Position numbers and translations under genes: made by a program. DNA of 64,000 nucleotides from Amoebophrya sp. A120 (taxonomy: Eukaryota; Protista; Dinoflagellata): the NCBI GenBank assembly GCA_905178155.1, contig CAJINV010000005.1, forward strand, positions 5,002,256-5,066,255. The letters are read 5' to 3'. Positions 63,201 through 64,000 of the stretch are shown in pieces. Position 1 is the first letter of the stretch; every line of letters starts with the position of its first letter. The notes below the pieces were generated by a model, which was given only the letters and a program-made list of their open reading frames with translations, had not been told where the DNA came from and ran no database searches.

Positions 63201-64000
63201 CTCTTCCGGAGGAAACGCAACCACCGGCAGTCACCGAACCCGCGAAAACCGAACAGCCGGAGGAATTGCCAATAGTGACGGTTGAGGGCGAGATGTCTGT
63301 GGAAATCAAACCCGCGGATCCGAGCAAAACCTTGACTGACAACCAGCTCACCGATCTGGTGAAGGCGGCGGTGGCGAGCACATTAGGTGCGACGACGTTT
63401 GATCCGAAAACCGGGAAGAACACCAAGCCGATGTTCCAGTTGTCGGGCGGGTCGGTTATCAGGTCGGATCAGATCGCGGTGACGAAGTTGGACGGTGGGT
63501 TGCTAGATCCGGACAAGCACACATTCAAAATCGCGGTCCACGGAAACCAGTTGTCCGCCGCGGAGGTTTCGGAAGCGCTGGCGCTGTTGACGAAGCCGCA
63601 GGAAGAGGAGAAACCAGCTGCGCCCGCTGCAGGTCCAGGTGCACCAACAACCGGTATCAAATGTAAAAATGTCTGGGTCTGGAAGAGTTGGAACTTGTGA
63701 TGCAAACTCTGGAACAGACAAAAATTTGTGTTGCATGAGCGCCAAAAGCTGCCCACTTCTTGGCACGCATGTGGCAAGTTTCTCATGCGGGACAGGCATC
63801 ATGAGGCGTGCTCAAAACCTGTGATGCTTTTGCCTGCATCAGACACCATTTGCGTGATCCGAAATATGCATGACAAATCTACAAATCTTCCAGACCCAGA
63901 CACTTTTGCATTTGATAACCGGCACCGGCACTGCAACTGCAGCCCCGCCGAGAAAGGACGTTGTGACAGAGAGGCAGCTGAACTTCCAATCGTTAGTCCA
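227..64000 (+). CDS. Partial giant multi-exon gene (>~16,000 aa in window), putative surface/adhesin/mucin-like protein, open at both ends
   Basis: All long + ORFs join in frame after removing each TIR element plus one 5-bp DR. Examples: ...VPMVV|KGKTED; TRGL|AGLGRFPMEQLLGNSEL|IASTITT; LAEE|CF|NFCDILALRNN|PFKH. No exonic stop codon was found. Confidence 0.85.
290..505. mobile_element. Introner 2, family B
   Basis: TIR tatgaaagtgcacaactcccc; right end reads atg; DR gtggt. Confidence 0.9.
506..2297 (+). CDS. Exon: Trp/Cys/Gly-rich domain copy 1, Thr linker, LamG-like domain
   Basis: ORF 449..2305 trimmed to the flanking elements. Confidence 0.85.
1418..2230 (+). other. LamG / concanavalin A-like (pentraxin-like) domain
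   Basis: Motifs AAYDFEE, RTVVVWFKP, WIHVAFSY...KHWYNG, IGA and FAGEIASFHIYDRELSETEI follow the Laminin_G_3 pattern. Confidence 0.8.
2298..2620. mobile_element. Introner 3, family D
   Basis: TIR tattgtgaggaaaaatcccccctccccatat; DR tctcg. Confidence 0.9.
2676..2825. mobile_element. Introner 4, family E
   Basis: TIR tatgcaatgcaaaagcatcgtact; DR agctg. Confidence 0.9.
2826..3523 (+). CDS. Exon: Thr linker plus Cys-rich (PAN/Apple-like) module
   Basis: ORF 2762..3568; CMNICRNMGDICRG...FCEL. Confidence 0.8.
3524..3779. mobile_element. Introner 5, family A
   Basis: TIR tat..tgcaaa..gtctgggtctggaa; DR agtac/agcac. Confidence 0.9.
3882..4035. mobile_element. Introner 6, family E
   Basis: E-type TIR; DR accta/cacta. 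Confidence 0.85.
4036..4534 (+). CDS. Exon: PAN/Apple-like module
   Basis: ORF 3992..4642; ACLQLCTEFGKGLCAGAVHF...KCFL. Confidence 0.8.
4535..4796. mobile_element. Introner 7, family A
   Basis: TIR tatcaaatgcaaaaatgtctgggtctggaa; DR gcgtg. Confidence 0.9.
4903..5158. mobile_element. Introner 8, family G (single copy in window)
   Basis: TIR tatgacccgctcagacgttacaatctcaaacgttaca; DR gagga/gaaga. Confidence 0.85.
5159..5170 (+). CDS. Micro-exon (12 nt including both DRs; 7 nt net)
   Basis: gaagagtgcttc between two elements; required for the in-frame LAEECFNFC. Confidence 0.75.
5171..5315. mobile_element. Introner 9, family E
   Basis: E-type TIR; DR gcttc. Confidence 0.9.
5355..5615. mobile_element. 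Introner 10, family A with E-like left end
   Basis: Left end tatgcattgcaaaagtatcgcagtctggaa; right end ttccagacatccagggatatttgcatttgata; DR caacc. Confidence 0.9.
5675..5940. mobile_element. Introner 11, family A
   Basis: A-type TIR; DR gagtt/cagtt. Confidence 0.9.
5978..6249. mobile_element. Introner 12, family A
   Basis: A-type TIR; DR tggaa. Confidence 0.9.
6287..6543. mobile_element. Introner 13, family A
   Basis: A-type TIR, right end reads att; DR gtcga/gtgga. Confidence 0.9.
6598..6905. mobile_element. Introner 14, family F
   Basis: TIR tatggaggcgtcaggattgaaatcggcaaagttgaa; DR acgac. Confidence 0.9.
7167..7420. mobile_element. Introner 15, family A
   Basis: A-type TIR; DR ttacg/ttgcg. 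Confidence 0.9.
7457..7606. mobile_element. Introner 16, family E
   Basis: E-type TIR; DR aatgg. Confidence 0.9.
7656..7935. mobile_element. Introner 17, family C
   Basis: TIR tatcctgagcaaaaacgtccccacccc; DR ccgtg/ccgcc. Confidence 0.9.
7936..8348 (+). CDS. Exon with beta/gamma-crystallin-like motif
   Basis: ORF 7874..8419; ENKVSMVQLAKGCTVDLC. Confidence 0.75.
8349..8601. mobile_element. Introner 18, family A
   Basis: A-type TIR; DR aggga. Confidence 0.9.
8788..9066. mobile_element. Introner 19, family C
   Basis: C-type TIR; DR caaat/cagat. Confidence 0.9.
9135..9478. mobile_element. Introner 20, family D
   Basis: D-type TIR; DR aattc. Confidence 0.9.
9591..9870. mobile_element. Introner 21, family A
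   Basis: Degenerate left TIR (starts tac); DR ggcct. Confidence 0.85.
9871..10276 (+). CDS. Exon: PAN/Apple-like module
   Basis: ORF 9899..10426; SDCGRACLTLGKDCLGY...PCIL. Confidence 0.75.
10277..10557. mobile_element. Introner 22, family C
   Basis: C-type TIR; DR aactg. Confidence 0.9.
10634..10919. mobile_element. Introner 23, family C
   Basis: C-type TIR; DR agtga. Confidence 0.9.
10978..11241. mobile_element. Introner 24, family A
   Basis: A-type TIR; DR actga/actgt. Confidence 0.9.
11242..13769 (+). CDS. Exon: two PAN/Apple-like modules plus a degenerate super-repeat segment
   Basis: Frame is open from 11242 into ORF 11492..13777; FCYGTCNKFSSCAGISF and RCLYTCELK...CKAVVYRSSDETCVL. 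Confidence 0.85.
13770..14051. mobile_element. Introner 25, family C
   Basis: C-type TIR; DR gaaag. Confidence 0.9.
14411..14672. mobile_element. Introner 26, family A
   Basis: A-type TIR; DR ggcgg/ggtgg. Confidence 0.9.
14716..15022. mobile_element. Introner 27, family F
   Basis: F-type TIR; DR cctct. Confidence 0.9.
15023..15727 (+). CDS. Exon including the start of Trp/Cys/Gly-rich domain copy 2
   Basis: ORF 15031..15789; PGKWELYMYKHG...LNSLCPHPTSGNAKM. Confidence 0.85.
15728..15981. mobile_element. Introner 28, family A
   Basis: A-type TIR; DR acact/gcact. Confidence 0.9.
16026..16288. mobile_element. Introner 29, family A
   Basis: A-type TIR; DR tgggt. Confidence 0.9.
16606..16860. 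mobile_element. Introner 30, family A
   Basis: A-type TIR with variant right end; DR ctccg. Confidence 0.9.
16861..18400 (+). CDS. Exon, Ser/Thr/Ala-rich repeat region
   Basis: ORF 16868..18454 trimmed. Confidence 0.85.
18401..18707. mobile_element. Introner 31, family F (inverted relative to 14 and 27)
   Basis: F-type TIR; DR tcacc. Confidence 0.9.
18708..19279 (+). CDS. Exon
   Basis: ORF 18725..19324; in-frame join LPIT|PASVVIR. Confidence 0.8.
19280..19541. mobile_element. Introner 32, family A
   Basis: A-type TIR; DR cggaa/cagag. Confidence 0.9.
19632..19910. mobile_element. Introner 33, family C
   Basis: C-type TIR; DR cgaga/tgaga. Confidence 0.9.
19911..20742 (+). CDS. Exon with mucin-like Thr-rich tract
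   Basis: ORF 19861..20754; TTATPTTTT...TTSTTSTSTTTTSSTTTTT. Confidence 0.85.
20743..21010. mobile_element. Introner 34, family A
   Basis: A-type TIR; DR aaacg. Confidence 0.9.
21193..21340. mobile_element. Introner 35, family E
   Basis: E-type TIR; DR tcgct. Confidence 0.9.
21387..21644. mobile_element. Introner 36, family A (variant TIR at both ends)
   Basis: TIR tatcaaaagtaaaaatccctggatgtctgg; DR aagga. Confidence 0.9.
21718..22039. mobile_element. Introner 37, family D
   Basis: D-type TIR; DR atact/attct. Confidence 0.9.
22228..22506. mobile_element. Introner 38, family A
   Basis: Degenerate A-type TIR; DR ggagc. Confidence 0.9.
22507..23102 (+). CDS. Exon with Thr-rich linker
   Basis: ORF 22520..23158 trimmed. 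Confidence 0.8.
23103..23420. mobile_element. Introner 39, family C
   Basis: C-type TIR, right end reads aga; DR ggaca. Confidence 0.9.
23421..24503 (+). CDS. Exon: Cys-rich, PAN/Apple-like modules
   Basis: ORF 23551..24558; GECFNLCDAMGADCQGISM...DCFLK. Confidence 0.85.
24504..24756. mobile_element. Introner 40, family A
   Basis: A-type TIR; DR tggca/gggca. Confidence 0.9.
25134..25386. mobile_element. Introner 41, family A
   Basis: A-type TIR; DR agggg. Confidence 0.9.
25387..27103 (+). CDS. Exon: three PAN/Apple-like modules
   Basis: ORF 25339..27114; CKELCEKDVVCTGYQY, ECAEVCDLLGADTCSGFD, WCMLLCNRMSKCTRI. Confidence 0.85.
27104..27252. mobile_element. Introner 42, family E (degenerate)
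   Basis: E-type TIR; DR eroded (gattc/gcctt), but removing 5 nt still restores the frame. Confidence 0.8.
27253..28566 (+). CDS. Exon, super-repeat region
   Basis: ORF 27302..28615; LPMRLESLGV landmark. Confidence 0.85.
28567..28879. mobile_element. Introner 43, family D
   Basis: D-type TIR; DR tccga. Confidence 0.9.
28880..29394 (+). CDS. Exon, super-repeat region
   Basis: ORF 28874..29548 trimmed. Confidence 0.8.
29395..29547. mobile_element. Introner 44, family H
   Basis: TIR tatgcaatacaaatttcccgtacatgtacaaa; DR ggtac (the only element readable as GT-AG). Confidence 0.85.
29548..31352 (+). CDS. Exon, super-repeat region
   Basis: ORF 29563..31395 trimmed. Confidence 0.85.
31353..31632. 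mobile_element. Introner 45, family C
   Basis: C-type TIR; DR aaggg. Confidence 0.9.
31633..34078 (+). CDS. Exon, super-repeat region
   Basis: ORF 31591..34086 trimmed. Confidence 0.85.
34079..34357. mobile_element. Introner 46, family C
   Basis: C-type TIR; DR tcacc. Confidence 0.9.
34427..34635. mobile_element. Introner 47, family I
   Basis: TIR tatcacaagaaaaaactgtttcactgt; DR tcgct. Confidence 0.9.
34636..35159 (+). CDS. Exon, super-repeat region
   Basis: ORF 34612..35199 trimmed. Confidence 0.8.
35160..35315. mobile_element. Introner 48, family H
   Basis: H-type TIR; DR acgat. Confidence 0.9.
35316..37260 (+). CDS. Exon, super-repeat region
   Basis: ORF 35196..37322 trimmed; SSWLP landmark. 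Confidence 0.85.
37261..37512. mobile_element. Introner 49, family A
   Basis: A-type TIR; DR gaaag. Confidence 0.9.
37560..37768. mobile_element. Introner 50, family I
   Basis: TIR tatgcaagaaaaaaactgtgt; DR cttgt. Confidence 0.9.
37905..38113. mobile_element. Introner 51, family I
   Basis: I-type TIR; DR aggct. Confidence 0.9.
38114..39699 (+). CDS. Exon, super-repeat region
   Basis: ORF 38059..39837 trimmed. Confidence 0.85.
39700..39945. mobile_element. Introner 52, family A (inverted sibling of 13)
   Basis: A-type TIR; DR ctacc. Confidence 0.9.
39946..41841 (+). CDS. Exon, super-repeat region
   Basis: ORF 40008..41888, open upstream to the element. Confidence 0.85.
41842..41991. mobile_element. 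Introner 53, family H (inverted sibling of 48)
   Basis: H-type TIR; DR cacgg. Confidence 0.9.
42046..42260. mobile_element. Introner 54, family B
   Basis: B-type TIR; DR ctcgt. Confidence 0.9.
42261..45765 (+). CDS. Exon, super-repeat region
   Basis: ORF 42174..45770 trimmed. Confidence 0.85.
45766..45994. mobile_element. Introner 55, family B
   Basis: B-type TIR; DR ttccg/ctccg. Confidence 0.9.
45995..47586 (+). CDS. Exon, super-repeat region
   Basis: ORF 45963..47624 trimmed. Confidence 0.85.
47587..47838. mobile_element. Introner 56, family A
   Basis: A-type TIR; DR ggatc. Confidence 0.9.
48066..48284. mobile_element. Introner 57, family B
   Basis: B-type TIR (left end starts tac); DR tccaa. 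Confidence 0.9.
48285..49959 (+). CDS. Exon, super-repeat region
   Basis: ORF 48160..50028 trimmed. Confidence 0.85.
49960..50221. mobile_element. Introner 58, family A
   Basis: A-type TIR; DR tcgtc. Confidence 0.9.
50222..51639 (+). CDS. Exon, super-repeat region
   Basis: ORF 50236..51684 trimmed. Confidence 0.85.
51640..51904. mobile_element. Introner 59, family A
   Basis: A-type TIR; DR aagag. Confidence 0.9.
51905..56533 (+). CDS. Largest exon (4.6 kb), about one full super-repeat
   Basis: ORF 51754..56544 trimmed. Confidence 0.85.
56534..56687. mobile_element. Introner 60, family E
   Basis: E-type TIR; DR accgc/accac. Confidence 0.85.
56688..60343 (+). CDS. Exon, super-repeat region
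   Basis: ORF 56707..60375 trimmed. Confidence 0.85.
60344..60499. mobile_element. Introner 61, family E
   Basis: E-type TIR; DR attcg/atccg. Confidence 0.9.
60500..62558 (+). CDS. Exon, super-repeat region
   Basis: Open frame from the element into ORF 60648..62570. Confidence 0.85.
62559..62810. mobile_element. Introner 62, family A
   Basis: A-type TIR; DR tcaag/tcaaa. Confidence 0.9.
62811..63654 (+). CDS. Exon, super-repeat region
   Basis: ORF 62834..63700 trimmed. Confidence 0.8.
63655..63917. mobile_element. Introner 63, family A
   Basis: A-type TIR; DR accgg. Confidence 0.9.

Larger units (their letters stand above)
27253..64000 (+). repeat. Protein-level tandem super-repeat (~1,350-1,700 aa unit, about 8 copies)
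   Basis: Recurrent landmarks: LPxRLExLGV at ~27890, 33710, 40425, 44975, 49790, 54680, 59365, 63150; SSWLPxSxxML at ~35590, 41590, 46240, 51235, 55800, 60885. Confidence 0.8.

Noticed and set aside
3524-63917. Many short ORFs with recurring peptides (MQKCLGLE, KMSGSGR, FQTQTFLHL, LPDPDIF, CKNVWVWK)
   Set aside because: These are translations of the family A TIR in different frames and strands, not a protein family or transposase
4-63917. Ciliate-type internal eliminated sequences removed at the DNA level
   Set aside because: Not favoured: exons do not use TAA/TAG as sense codons, GC content is moderate, and the architecture fits dinoflagellate introners. It cannot be excluded from sequence alone; genomic reads lacking the elements would revive it.
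227-64000. Pseudogene destroyed by MITEs, or an operon of many separate genes
   Set aside because: No stops or frameshifts in ~48 kb of exon, the frame is restored at every junction, and all ORF ends fall inside elements
1-64000. Autonomous transposase, tRNA/rRNA genes, group I/II introns, spliced-leader relics
   Set aside because: No supporting motif seen; the elements are short and lack ribozyme core motifs I could recognise

Overview
Eukaryotic DNA. The whole 64 kb window is the interior of one + strand gene, with no start or stop codon in the window. The gene is interrupted by 63 short (145-344 bp) non-coding insertions in 9 sequence families, which I label A-I. Each insertion has terminal inverted repeats (TIRs) that almost always read TAT...ATA and is flanked by a 5-bp direct repeat (DR, a target-site duplication). 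Removing each element plus one DR copy restored the reading frame at all 62 junctions I could check by hand. The result is roughly 48 kb of continuous coding sequence, more than about 16,000 aa. Only one element can be read as a GT-AG intron, and near-identical copies sit in both orientations. These look like MITE-like introner elements acting as non-canonical introns, matching what is described for the parasitic dinoflagellate Amoebophrya (Syndiniales); the organism call is an inference. The protein looks like a giant extracellular or surface adhesin: a LamG-like domain, PAN/Apple-like Cys modules, beta/gamma-crystallin-like motifs, Thr-rich linkers, and about 8 copies of a 1,350-1,700 aa Ser/Thr/Ala-rich super-repeat. 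No transposase, RNA gene or CRISPR array is visible. Coordinates were counted by hand and may be off by 1-2 nt.
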